A stretch of DNA of 64,000 nucleotides, from the NCBI GenBank assembly GCA_964510205.1, contig CAZEBW010000012.1:5029-69028 (forward strand), written 5' to 3'. The notes under the pieces are model-generated. The model saw nothing but the letters and a program-made list of their open reading frames with translations. It was not told the origin of the DNA and searched no databases. Origin of the DNA: an uncultured Anaerolineae bacterium. GTDB lineage: Bacteria; Chloroflexota; Anaerolineae; VGOG01. The position numbers were made by a program, and so were the translations under genes. Of the stretch, positions 11,603 through 21,061 are shown in pieces (positions within the stretch are counted from its first letter, which is position 1; every line of letters starts with the position of its first letter).

Positions 11603-12598
11603 CTATTTGGCTAAGAAAGGCAAGTAGACTTCTGCTTCCCCCTCGATCACCTTGCGCATCAGACGGGCCTGTACCTCGAAACACTTCTGGTAGGTCAACC
11701 GCCGCCCGGCTAGAGGATGGATGACCTCGGTCTGCAAGCGGTCCGTGTACTGGCTCAAGAATTCCCGTAGACCCGAACGCCGCAGGAGCACACCCCCCTT
11801 GTCACCAGGCCGGAAATCGTCCGGCGTCAATATCCGCTTGTTCACCACCGTCAACACCACCGAGTTCACGATCACACTGCGGAATTCCTCCACCAGGTCC
11901 AAAGCCAGCGCGGGGCGACCGTATTTGTCAGCGTGAAAGAAGCCGTCGTACGGATCCAAGCCCACTACTTCCAGGGCCGTCATCATGTTGTGCCCCAACA
12001 GAGTGTATCCCAGGCTCAGCATGGCGTTCACCGGATCGCCTGGTGGCCGCCGCACCCGCTTCTCAAAACCCCACTCCGCTGGCATCGCCTGACGGAACAC
12101 CTGGAAGTAGGCTCGCGCACCCACACCCTCCAGCCCACGGAGGGTGCCCAACTCCGGCGCGTCATCCACTTGCTTGATGGCCGATGCAATCTGCTCGATG
12201 GTTCCATCGTCTATCTCCGCATGATCCCGACACAGCCGCCGCGCCAGGGTGCGCTCGTTACGCAACTTGCCCCCCACGATGGCCCGCCCTATCTCCAGGC
12301 AGAATCCGTCGTCCAACGCCCGCTGGTACTGCTTGTGCCGCAAGGGGATGTTCTTGGCCATCGGCGGCGTCAGCCGTCCGCGCAAGGTCCCGCTGCGGCT
12401 GACGAAGGCCAGCTCGATACCGGCGTCCAGCAGAGCCAGCAAAGCCGGCGTGGTGGCCCCCGTCCAACCCACCAGTACCACGTCCGATACCCGACTCAGA
12501 GGCACCCGCAGCAGGACCTCGTCCTCTTTGGTCACCAACAAGCGGCGATATTCTTTCTCGATCCGCGCCCCTTGCTCGGTCACGTACAACGTCGCCAT
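11603..12598 (-). CDS. cas1: Cas1
   Basis: NAMLSLGYTLL...GLDPYDGFFH...ALALDLVEEFR Cas1 motifs; start MATLYV at 12598 (the ORF extends to 12697). Confidence 0.9.
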   Translation of the reverse strand: MATLYVTEQGARIEKEYRRLLVTKEDEVLLRVPLSRVSDVVLVGWTGATTPALLALLDAGIELAFVSRSGTLRGRLTPPMAKNIPLRHKQYQRALDDGFCLEIGRAIVGGKLRNERTLARRLCRDHAEIDDGTIEQIASAIKQVDDAPELGTLRGLEGVGARAYFQVFRQAMPAEWGFEKRVRRPPGDPVNAMLSLGYTLLGHNMMTALEVVGLDPYDGFFHADKYGRPALALDLVEEFRSVIVNSVVLTVVNKRILTPDDFRPGDKGGVLLRRSGLREFLSQYTDRLQTEVIHPLAGRRLTYQKCFEVQARLMRKVIEGEAEVYLPFLAK

Positions 12599-12717
12599 TG
12601 GGCGGCCCTCATGTTCGAGGTTGGGCAAGGTCTCTGACCGCAGCTCCTCGTAGCGCCAGCCTGAAGAGCTGATGCCGAGCGAGGTTGCCAGCGCCACCTG
12701 TTCACGGCGGCGTGTAT

Positions 12718-13638
12718 TTACTCGTACCCGTCCGGCACATAATCGTAGAACAAGTAAGGGTCGAAATCCCCCTTGACCTCGATGCGTTTATTCTCGCACA
12801 AGAAGCTGTAGGTGTCCCGATAGAAATGCACCCCCAGGTAGTCAAATCCCTCGTCGAAGTGAGTGATGGCCGTCTTGTGCGGCTCCAATTGCAGCTTCAA
12901 CCCAGCCAGGATGCGCTCCGTGTCTCGCCAGGACGCCTCCACTTCGTCCCGGTCGGCACAGAAGACACAGAAATCATCAGCATACCGCACCGGCCGATAG
13001 CCTTGCTCTGTGAGTCCCACGTCCAGACGATGCAAGTAGATATTGCACCATAGAGGCGAGATCACCGCTCCCAGTGGGATGCCCACCGCCCGCTCCGGGT
13101 CGCGCCGGCCGATCCGCAGCCACTGCTCCATTAGCCGCAGCACGACGGGATCATCCACCTCCTCCTGCACGAACTCTATCAGCAGGCCGTGGTCCAGGCT
13201 GTCGAAACATTCATCAATGTCGCCATCGAGCACATATTGCCAGCCCGCGTCGCGGTGGTGGAGGATGGCCTGCACCGCGTCGCGCAGCCCCCGCCCCTGC
13301 CGATAGCCGGTGCTGCAATCGAGAAAATGACGGTCGAAACGATCATCCAGCACCCGCAGCACGGCCCGCTGCAGCACGCGGTCGGTCACCGTCAGGATGG
13401 ACAACTGACGGAGTGAGCCATCGCGCTTGGGCACGTAGAAACGGCGCAGCCGCCGTGGACGGTAGGTATTGGCCCGCACCGCCGCCGCCAGATTGACCAG
13501 CCGCTCTTCCCACCTCCTCCGCCAGCGCTTGACGCTCACCTCGTCAATGCCCGCTGCCCCCTTCTTCCGCGCCACCTCTTCCCAGGCCTCCCGCATGTTC
13601 TCCGCTTGCAAAACGCGATCAATCAACCTCTTGGTCAT
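12718..13638 (-). CDS. group II intron-like reverse transcriptase, CRISPR-associated, not fused to Cas1
   Basis: RT motifs including RYADDFCVF (YADD); N-terminal RT domain 0-like region; sits directly upstream of cas1. Confidence 0.9.
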   Translation of the reverse strand: MTKRLIDRVLQAENMREAWEEVARKKGAAGIDEVSVKRWRRRWEERLVNLAAAVRANTYRPRRLRRFYVPKRDGSLRQLSILTVTDRVLQRAVLRVLDDRFDRHFLDCSTGYRQGRGLRDAVQAILHHRDAGWQYVLDGDIDECFDSLDHGLLIEFVQEEVDDPVVLRLMEQWLRIGRRDPERAVGIPLGAVISPLWCNIYLHRLDVGLTEQGYRPVRYADDFCVFCADRDEVEASWRDTERILAGLKLQLEPHKTAITHFDEGFDYLGVHFYRDTYSFLCENKRIEVKGDFDPYLFYDYVPDGYE

Positions 13639-13768
13639 TGGTCCTTGCTCAGATAGATGGTCCTTGGTCAGATGGTCGGGTGGTCATTTGGTCATTGGGA
13701 TTTGGTCATTGGTCATTTCCCTCGTTCCTCATTCCTCGTTGCCCCGTTGCCCTGTTATCCCGTTACCC

Positions 13769-14557
13769 TCACCTTGTCCCTTGAACCCTCGTCTGCCCCA
13801 ATCCCATAGTCGTCTTGTGCCCCGTGCCGCAGTAGAAAGCGTAGGCGGCCAGGGTGTGCAGCAGGCGCAGCCAGTAGGGATCGCGGCGCAGGGCGCGAAA
13901 GGAGCAGCGACCCACGAAGCCGATGAACGTAGCCGGCCCGAAGCGCACCACCCGGCTCCTCAGCCGATAGCGGCTCACGCCCACGCACTCCTCGGCGAAA
14001 CGCTTCAGATCGGGATGCAGCGACAGCGGGGCGAAGGTGTTCCACTTGTTCAGCCAGTGGTCGAATACCAATCCCGGCAGCGGGAAGGGCTGATGCTTCC
14101 CTTGGGAGCGAAAGGTGGTCGGCGTGGCGAACTCCAGGTTCAGCCACGGTGGGGGATCCTCTGCTCCCAGCAGGTGGCCCTGGGCCAGGGCCTCGTAACT
14201 CGTCTGCCCGGCCCAGGCATGATCCGTCCCGTCTGCCGTGGCCCCCGCCACCTGGAACAATTGATCGGCCAGCATCAACGTGTTGGGCAGATTGGGCAGT
14301 ATTTGCTCCTCGAGTATGGCGGCCACTTCGGCCGTCAGCGCGGTCAGGCGCAACCAGGGCTGCTGGCTGTGACGCTGCTCGGCCCGCAACGCCACAGTGT
14401 AGGGTCTCAGTCCATTACCCTCGTGCAATGTCGCTGCCAGGGCAGGATCTGCCGCCTGTGCTTGATCCAGAAACCAGGCCTGGGTCGCCCGTCCCAGGTC
14501 TGGCCGCTGTTCATCCGCCTCAGCAGCCTGCAATTTGATCACCGCACTAACCAGCAT
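13769..14557 (-). CDS. cas6: Cas6 endoribonuclease
   Basis: C-terminal glycine-rich loop GTGHKTTMGLGQ (GxGxxxxxGxG) and RAMP-like fold features. Confidence 0.75.
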   Translation of the reverse strand: MLVSAVIKLQAAEADEQRPDLGRATQAWFLDQAQAADPALAATLHEGNGLRPYTVALRAEQRHSQQPWLRLTALTAEVAAILEEQILPNLPNTLMLADQLFQVAGATADGTDHAWAGQTSYEALAQGHLLGAEDPPPWLNLEFATPTTFRSQGKHQPFPLPGLVFDHWLNKWNTFAPLSLHPDLKRFAEECVGVSRYRLRSRVVRFGPATFIGFVGRCSFRALRRDPYWLRLLHTLAAYAFYCGTGHKTTMGLGQTRVQGTR

Positions 14558-14618
14558 CCAGAATCTCCAGCCTCAGGATGTCAACGCCCCCGTCGGATAC
14601 GTTGTTCAGGCATGTTTG

Positions 14619-15788
14619 TCAGAAGAAGGTGTCTGAGAGCTCAGGGTCGTCCTTTGCCAGCCACAACCTCTCTGCCACCTCCCCCATCTCCAGTTCCTCC
14701 AGCCGACCCTCGATCTCTTCCAGCTTCTCCCACACACTGGTCCCTTTCGGCACCCAGCCCATCTTCCAGTCCAGGTCAGCGATGAGGCGATCTGGGCGCA
14801 TGGTCAGGAAATATCCCCAGTCCAGCGCCTCTTCCAAGTAGGAGATCAAACCGGTGGCCCAATCGTGGAAGGGTTCGCTCCCCGGCAGGAAAGCCCAGCG
14901 GATTTGGGCCACTGCCTCCAGCCGCGTGCCGACCACAACCAACTGGGAGCCACGGTGCAGCTTGAGTCGTTGCAGAAATACCTGCATGGGCTGACTTTTC
15001 CGCCCAGCCACCGCCAGTTGAGGGTAGGCTCGTATCTTCACCTGGCCGAAGCGCCGATGGGTCAGTCGCCAGAGCCATCCTCCTTCCCTGTCGGTCTCGC
15101 TTTCCATATCCACTGTCTGCGGCCACCACAGGCGCCACTCGTCTGGCCTCTGGTCGGCGTGCAGGAAGGGATTGTCGCACAGAGGTGGGGGCAGGTCACT
15201 GACGGACAATTGTTTCGCTGGTAAGTCCACTTTCCACCAGCCATAGGCCGCTTCGGGGCCCAGGGAATCCTCACCGTAGCGATGCAGGACGCACAGCAGT
15301 AGGTACTGCAAGAGATCGGCGTTGGTGGAGGCGATGAAGTGCTGAAAGGGAGTTCCTTGAGTAACAGCTTCACGCCATGAAGTAGCGAAGGCCTCTGTCT
15401 GCGGCGCGTTCTTGGGATAGCGGCGGGCGAAGGCTCGCCGGGCGTGTACCGTCACCTGGTACGAGCGGCGCTGGGCTACGCCGGGGCGGCCAGATGCAGG
15501 CCAGTGGTAGGGCAGCCAGACTTCGACGAGGGCGCGTCTGCTCTCCGTGCGACTGTAGAGGAGCGCCACGCCGAGCGTCAGAGTTAGGGTGATCAGCGCT
15601 CCAACGCTGAAGGCCAACCATTGCTGTCCCAGGGTTTCGCCGCCGGGCCACAGGGCTTCGTAAAGCCCACTGGCCAACAGGTTGAGAATCGTCCCCAGGG
15701 CCACCGTCACCAGCACCAGGGCCACCAGTTCCCCCCGTGAGCGGCGGATGGTCTCGATCTTGCTGTAAGGTGATCTACGGCGTCGCAT
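14619..15788 (-). CDS. uncharacterised membrane protein embedded in the cmr operon
   Basis: 389 aa; two N-terminal TM helices (LVALVLVTVALGTILNLLASGL, LAFSVGALITLTLTLGVALLY) then a soluble domain with no recognised motif; overlaps the upstream gene by 14 nt. Confidence 0.5.
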   Translation of the reverse strand: MRRRRSPYSKIETIRRSRGELVALVLVTVALGTILNLLASGLYEALWPGGETLGQQWLAFSVGALITLTLTLGVALLYSRTESRRALVEVWLPYHWPASGRPGVAQRRSYQVTVHARRAFARRYPKNAPQTEAFATSWREAVTQGTPFQHFIASTNADLLQYLLLCVLHRYGEDSLGPEAAYGWWKVDLPAKQLSVSDLPPPLCDNPFLHADQRPDEWRLWWPQTVDMESETDREGGWLWRLTHRRFGQVKIRAYPQLAVAGRKSQPMQVFLQRLKLHRGSQLVVVGTRLEAVAQIRWAFLPGSEPFHDWATGLISYLEEALDWGYFLTMRPDRLIADLDWKMGWVPKGTSVWEKLEEIEGRLEELEMGEVAERLWLAKDDPELSDTFF

Positions 15789-16680
15789 CGCTCACCGCTT
15801 CCCAGATGCCGTAGGGGCCGACGAACAAGGGGGGCACATCTCCCTCAAACCGTCCGCCTGGGGCCCAGGCAACAATCGGTTCAGAGACATCCTGACCAGC
15901 CCCACGCCGCACTCCCCCTCGCTGGCCATTGGCCCACTCCCGACCCACCACAGGTTCCAGCGGTCCTTGTACTGGCATGTGGACACTTTGCGACACCTTC
16001 AGGTGGGCGTGAAGAGTCCTCCCACTCAGGTCGCGCGGCCGTGGCCACCGGCTAGTCCCCACATTAGGGCCGACCCACTCGCTGTGTCGCACCATTCGCC
16101 CAAAGCCATAGCCCTGTTCTCCGCCGACAAAGAGTTCTGTCAGATAGCCCAAGATCGTGGCGTCGTCCAGGTCTGCTAACGGCGGTGGGGCCACTGAACG
16201 GTCCTGATCCAGGTACAGGTAGCCTTGCAGGTAGACCGGGCGAGCAGGAGGCTGGTCTGTTTGCGTCTGAGGAGCGATGAACTCGATCTCGTGCAGGGAG
16301 GCTTCCTCCGCCGTCCAGGTAGAAGCAGTCAAGGCCGTGCTGCCAAAGGAGCCGATGAAGCGGGCCTCAAAGTCGGCGGCCGGTAGATCGCCATAGTGCC
16401 AAGTTCCTTGCTCCAGTCGGGGGTAATAAGGTCCCTCGCCGGCCAGCTTCAGGTAGAAGTAACTGGCGATAACGCGATCACGGACATAATCGCCCACAGC
16501 GAGGTAGTCGGTGGGTCTTGGCTGTGCGTAGCAGGCCCGTGTCAGCCGGGCAGTGATCGCGCCCCACATATCCCGCCCCGGCAGGTAGTAGCGAGTGCGC
16601 TGGATGTTACCCAGCTTGCGATAGCCGATGTGCAGAGGTGATGAGAGGTGGTAGGTCAGTTGATAGCTGTGCCAAGCCAT
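15775..16680 (-). CDS. type III RAMP, Cmr3-like (Cas5 family), tentative
   Basis: LSSPLHIGY...YYLPGRDMWGAITARL plus C-terminal G-rich GGEQGYGFGRM; start MAWHSY at 16680 preceded by GAGGAG RBS. Confidence 0.5.
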   Translation of the reverse strand: MAWHSYQLTYHLSSPLHIGYRKLGNIQRTRYYLPGRDMWGAITARLTRACYAQPRPTDYLAVGDYVRDRVIASYFYLKLAGEGPYYPRLEQGTWHYGDLPAADFEARFIGSFGSTALTASTWTAEEASLHEIEFIAPQTQTDQPPARPVYLQGYLYLDQDRSVAPPPLADLDDATILGYLTELFVGGEQGYGFGRMVRHSEWVGPNVGTSRWPRPRDLSGRTLHAHLKVSQSVHMPVQGPLEPVVGREWANGQRGGVRRGAGQDVSEPIVAWAPGGRFEGDVPPLFVGPYGIWEAVSDATP

Positions 16681-16693
16681 GCTTCTCTCCTCA

Positions 16694-17059
16694 TCAAGGT
16701 AACGACCGCAGACCATAGCGGGCGTATATTAGAGTGCGCTCCACTAGCTGCTTGGCCAGGAGCAACTTCCGCAAGTCTTCAGTCATCTGTACGACCGCGT
16801 CGTCGTCGCTTCCCTCTGGTAATGGCGCACCGACGGTGTTGTGTCGCAGCAATGCCCTGAGCAAGCTCCATACATTCTTGGTTGGTTGGTCCAGATTGCG
16901 GTACTTCAAAAACAGGTAGAAGGCATAGAAGCCATCCTCTTGCAGTACTCCCAGGGCATTGTTCAGACGGTTTTCCAGGTCCTTGTTACGGGTGGAGCCA
17001 CTTAGCTCCACAATGCTATTCGCGCAATCGGCGCAATGGGCATCTAGGTTCGTCGCCAT
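16694..17059 (-). CDS. cmr5: small alpha-helical subunit, Cmr5/Cas11-like
   Basis: 121 aa helical protein between cmr4 and a RAMP gene; strong GGAGGAGG RBS. Confidence 0.5.
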   Translation of the reverse strand: MATNLDAHCADCANSIVELSGSTRNKDLENRLNNALGVLQEDGFYAFYLFLKYRNLDQPTKNVWSLLRALLRHNTVGAPLPEGSDDDAVVQMTEDLRKLLLAKQLVERTLIYARYGLRSLP

Positions 17060-17060
17060 T

Positions 17061-18083
17061 TCACACCTCCTCCAGATTCAACACTCGCAACCGGCCCATC
17101 CCCCGGGTGTTCATTCCTCCCACTCCCAGATGTTCCATCAGTGCCACTCCCTGCTCCACGTGTTGGCGTACCCAGGCGATGTCGTGGGGAATGGTGCGCA
17201 TCCCTTCGGTGGTCTGATCCCTGATTTGGAAGTGCTGCGGGTTGTTATAGACCACATCGAAGTAGAAAACTGTGGCCCTGGGCAAGGCCTCGTAGGTAAA
17301 AAGAGCCTTGTCGTCAGCAGCACCTGTTTCTGGGTCAATGGCTACCGAGGTACGCACTTCCAGATTGTCGTTCACCACCTTGCTGAACAGTTCATCGGAA
17401 AGCAGCACGAGCCGGTCAAAGACCTCGTCAAGCGCGGGATTGCCCGCCGGCAGTTCAGGCAGTGCATCGTGAATACTCCCATTCTCCAGATCATCCCCTG
17501 TCTGCAGCAGCAACCACCCCAGGTTCAGCCGGGTTAGCTGCTGGTTGGAGGCAGGGTGCAACGAAGGTGCTAGGGATACTTGGCCCGTCGACACTTGAGG
17601 CGGGTGCGCCATTCCCGCCCGGCCCAGGGTGCCAGGAGACGTGACCCAGACCGGCCCAACCATGGAGTGCACCGGAAAGAACAGCACCCGGGCATCAAAG
17701 AACTGAGCCATGCCCTGCAGGCTTTGCTGCGTGCGACCGTTGGAAAAGCCGAAGGACACACAGACCGGACAATCCGGGTGGCAGCAGTGCTCCTCGCCGA
17801 AGTCACCACCCTTGCCAGCGCAACTGACTGTCCTTATTTCGGGAAGGTCATTCGGCCCCCGCTCTACCTCCCGTCGGGTCTGATAGCGCCCGGTTCGCAT
17901 GGCCGTATAGGTCCGGGCTACTCCGGAGAGACTGCTGCCGGGGATCTTAGGCAGGTTGTCGCCCGGCTCGCGGATGATAGACAGATCCACCCGGCCCAGC
18001 CGGTACCCCCCGGTGCCCACGTGAATTGGATCCAGTGCCAAGGCATAGTACCGCTGGCTGTGAAAGATGTTTCCATTGCTCAT
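17061..18083 (-). CDS. cmr4: Cmr4 (Cas7 backbone RAMP)
   Basis: LDPIHVGTGG...IPGSSLSGVAR and C-terminal G-rich GVGGMNTRGMGRLRV; ATG overlaps the cas10 stop (ATGA). Confidence 0.85.
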   Translation of the reverse strand: MSNGNIFHSQRYYALALDPIHVGTGGYRLGRVDLSIIREPGDNLPKIPGSSLSGVARTYTAMRTGRYQTRREVERGPNDLPEIRTVSCAGKGGDFGEEHCCHPDCPVCVSFGFSNGRTQQSLQGMAQFFDARVLFFPVHSMVGPVWVTSPGTLGRAGMAHPPQVSTGQVSLAPSLHPASNQQLTRLNLGWLLLQTGDDLENGSIHDALPELPAGNPALDEVFDRLVLLSDELFSKVVNDNLEVRTSVAIDPETGAADDKALFTYEALPRATVFYFDVVYNNPQHFQIRDQTTEGMRTIPHDIAWVRQHVEQGVALMEHLGVGGMNTRGMGRLRVLNLEEV

Positions 18084-21061
18084 TGCTCTGCTCCTTTCTC
18101 TTTCAGGATTTGCATGTGCAATTCTAGACAATCAAAGAACAGGCCATCCAGCATGGCCTGGCGGAGCCCCCTGTAGGCGGGGCTCTCTGGTGTGTAGACA
18201 GAAAACTCCTTGCCCAGAACCTGGGTGACCAGTTTCTCATACGTTTGCCATTCATTACCCGTTCGTTCCTTCTCAGCCAGGCCCCATTCCTCGAAGCGGG
18301 TGGCCAGCAAGTCACGGATTCCGTGCAGCTTGGTAGTGGTCATGCCGGTCGACCAGCACCACTGCCAGATCTGCTCCATCCGGCGTGAGTCTTCCAGTAG
18401 GTAGGGGCGGGGACTGTGGCGTGGGCCGAAGAGCGGATGGGGGCGCCGGCCGGTCGCCTCGTCCAGACGTATGTCGAAGCGGCGGGCGGATGTATCCAGG
18501 AAGATGTACTCAAAGCGGGATGGATGGACCTGGATCTGCTCACGGGGAGATACGGAACTCAAAGAGCCCAGGTACCATTGATCGCTGATTTCTTCATCGC
18601 CCATTTTCAGGGCAACAAGCCATTCCACGCCGTTCTGGAAGACGATGCGGCGTTGATCACCATCGTCCATCACCTCTTGGACCGGCCAAGTTTGGCGTTC
18701 ATTCGGGAAGGCCAGCATCCGCCGTCCGGCATCCAGGACCGCATAGAGAGGGATGTGCCGGTCGAAGAAAACCAGCCCTAGGTGAATAGGCAACCGATCT
18801 CGCACCCGACCCATCTCTTCTTCATACCGACCGCGGATTCTACCGACTGCTGCCAGCGCCTGTGCCCCTGGCACTAACGCCATGAAGAGGAAAGGTTCCG
18901 TAAGCAGAGAGATGTAGGGCTTATAGGGTGTAGGGTCTGGCTCCGCCCCTGTGATGCGAAAATCACCGGCTTTGACACTGGCCCGACCATAGCCGGATGG
19001 TTCGTAGAGTGTCACCGGCCCTCGCAGCTTCCTGCCCCATTCGTCCGAGGATCCCCCCAAGGACTTCAACCTAGTGGCTGTGATCAGCTTGAGCCTGTCT
19101 GAATTCCATACTAAGGGCACGTCTCCGAAGGAATACCGAGCCTCGTAGACGTGAAATTTGCCGGGCAGGGCTGGTGGTTCCGGAGTCAATTCTAGCCGTC
19201 TTTCTTCTTCCCACAGCACCTGGTTGAGAATCTGAGTCTCTGCTTCTTGCCAGAAACGATGTGTGGTTTCCCATGTGCGGCGCAGGCGGGCAAAAGACGG
19301 GTTCTTGGGATGACCAGGGGCCGCCAGCAGGGAGCGGATGTAGCTCCCATCCAACCAGTTCTCCAGACCGAAGCGACCCACGACCAAAGCTACGCGGCCA
19401 TGTTCGTCCGCCACTTCGTCTATCCAGATTGTGCGACTCAAGAGGCCATCTTTGTTCCGAGCCCAATCTTGAGAACGACGACCACGCCGGGCCAGACACA
19501 CGCCGCACAGTTGGCGTTTTTGAGCCTTATCGGGGTCTCTGGCAAAGTTAGGCAGATCCGCTTCTACGTATCCCTGTGGCCGCACCCCGCAGATCGAGCA
19601 GACTTCGGCCCCCACCCGCTGCCGCCAACTCTGCCGGATGAGGCCGGGTTCGGCCCAGAGTGGGGTTCGTTGGGCCAGGAGCCCGCCTAGTTCGGTTGCC
19701 TGGCGGGAGGGTTTAGATAGTGGTATTGGCTGCAGTATCACCTCTCCCCGCAGGCGTTTGCGGAAGGCTTGCTGGATTGTGTCTTTGACTAGGGTGACGA
19801 TCACCAGCCCTTCATTGTCGCCGTCCAGGGCTGGCACCAGGAAGGCACTGCCATTCTCGTCGCGATAGATCTCGTTCCCCAGAGGGGAGATCACCTCTAT
19901 GGCCCGCTTCACATCGTTCAGAGCGTCCTCCAGGACAGCCTTGCGCCCCAACAGATCAGTGACGTGGTAAGCCTGTTCCAGATAGCCCAGGCCGTCGTAG
20001 CCCACTCGTAACAGCCGCCATTGGATGCTGTTAACCTCTGGGAATGTGTAGCTTGGGTTTCGCGTCTGTTCCAGCAGAATCTTGGCCAGGGCAGCCTTGT
20101 ACAGGCTGGCCACAGAGAAGGAGTGGTCCCACAAGGTCACGTCATTGGCGGCACGGCGGGTTTCGCCCAGGGCCCGGCGGAAGGCAACCTCGGTGAGTTT
20201 TCGTAACCCCTCGACCCACCCGTCTGCTGTTGGCCAGCCGTCGTAGAGGATCTCCTGCCAGAACTCAGGGGGCAACGTATGTCCGGCAGGCAATTTAGCT
20301 CGTTCTGTCCCGACACGCTGTAGGACGAGGGCCAGGTTATTGGCGTAGTTATGGCGCACTTGTTTCAGTTCGTCGGTTTTGATACGCAAGCTATCCGGCT
20401 CGTGGCCGAAGGCGGTGGCGATGCAGGTGTCGCCGAGATGTTGTTTAAGGCCACCTTTGTCAGCCCCGGCCTTGTCTACGGCCGAATCCGCACCATCACA
20501 ACCCTCAAATCCTGCCGTCAGAAGTTGCGTCGCTGGTCCGTGTACAGCGAGTAGCGGGGAATGATGTGCCTCGAGGAAATCACCTATGGTTCGTTTCTCT
20601 TCGGATGGCCAATGAAAGGTCAGGTGCAAGTCATCCAGCAATTGAAGAAGGCTGTCCGGCAGAAAGTCGTCGGGAACAAGAGCCTCTTCCCTGATAACCC
20701 GTCTACCCTCGGCATCGCTAATCTTGAGCCACAATTCATCCATTTGTTGCCAGATATGCCCCTTCGCGTGCCCCCGTTCTTCCCGGCTAACACCCTCATC
20801 TGGTAAACTCTTGGCCCAGTCTTGGACTTTCCGCCTGAATGCGGCTTCTACCTCCTTGCTGGTTACAGGATCGAGCGAATAGTAGCTTCTCATCGCTCGC
20901 CTCAGCACAAGGTGGTGCTCAAAGCCTAACTGTTTAGACAACTCAGCTTGAACAGCCACAAACTCCGCGCTCAACTTCCCCAGGTCGTGGATCAGCGCCC
21001 CAATCTCGGCCAGCAGGATCAGGGCGCGGTGCTGCTCCAAAGTGGCTAGTAGGTTACTCAT
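18080..21061 (-). CDS. cas10: Cas10/Cmr2 with N-terminal HD domain
   Basis: 993 aa; HD motif LIHDLGK; treble-clef CSICG...CGVCLARRG between the palm domains; the palm-2 region aligns but appears to lack GGDD (SLLTEPFLFMALVPGAQAL). Confidence 0.85.
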   Translation of the reverse strand: MSNLLATLEQHRALILLAEIGALIHDLGKLSAEFVAVQAELSKQLGFEHHLVLRRAMRSYYSLDPVTSKEVEAAFRRKVQDWAKSLPDEGVSREERGHAKGHIWQQMDELWLKISDAEGRRVIREEALVPDDFLPDSLLQLLDDLHLTFHWPSEEKRTIGDFLEAHHSPLLAVHGPATQLLTAGFEGCDGADSAVDKAGADKGGLKQHLGDTCIATAFGHEPDSLRIKTDELKQVRHNYANNLALVLQRVGTERAKLPAGHTLPPEFWQEILYDGWPTADGWVEGLRKLTEVAFRRALGETRRAANDVTLWDHSFSVASLYKAALAKILLEQTRNPSYTFPEVNSIQWRLLRVGYDGLGYLEQAYHVTDLLGRKAVLEDALNDVKRAIEVISPLGNEIYRDENGSAFLVPALDGDNEGLVIVTLVKDTIQQAFRKRLRGEVILQPIPLSKPSRQATELGGLLAQRTPLWAEPGLIRQSWRQRVGAEVCSICGVRPQGYVEADLPNFARDPDKAQKRQLCGVCLARRGRRSQDWARNKDGLLSRTIWIDEVADEHGRVALVVGRFGLENWLDGSYIRSLLAAPGHPKNPSFARLRRTWETTHRFWQEAETQILNQVLWEEERRLELTPEPPALPGKFHVYEARYSFGDVPLVWNSDRLKLITATRLKSLGGSSDEWGRKLRGPVTLYEPSGYGRASVKAGDFRITGAEPDPTPYKPYISLLTEPFLFMALVPGAQALAAVGRIRGRYEEEMGRVRDRLPIHLGLVFFDRHIPLYAVLDAGRRMLAFPNERQTWPVQEVMDDGDQRRIVFQNGVEWLVALKMGDEEISDQWYLGSLSSVSPREQIQVHPSRFEYIFLDTSARRFDIRLDEATGRRPHPLFGPRHSPRPYLLEDSRRMEQIWQWCWSTGMTTTKLHGIRDLLATRFEEWGLAEKERTGNEWQTYEKLVTQVLGKEFSVYTPESPAYRGLRQAMLDGLFFDCLELHMQILKEKGAEQ

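Noticed and set aside
13469-14785. 438-aa plus-strand ORF
   Set aside because: Antisense to cas6 and the membrane protein gene; Pro/Arg/Ser-rich low-complexity translation
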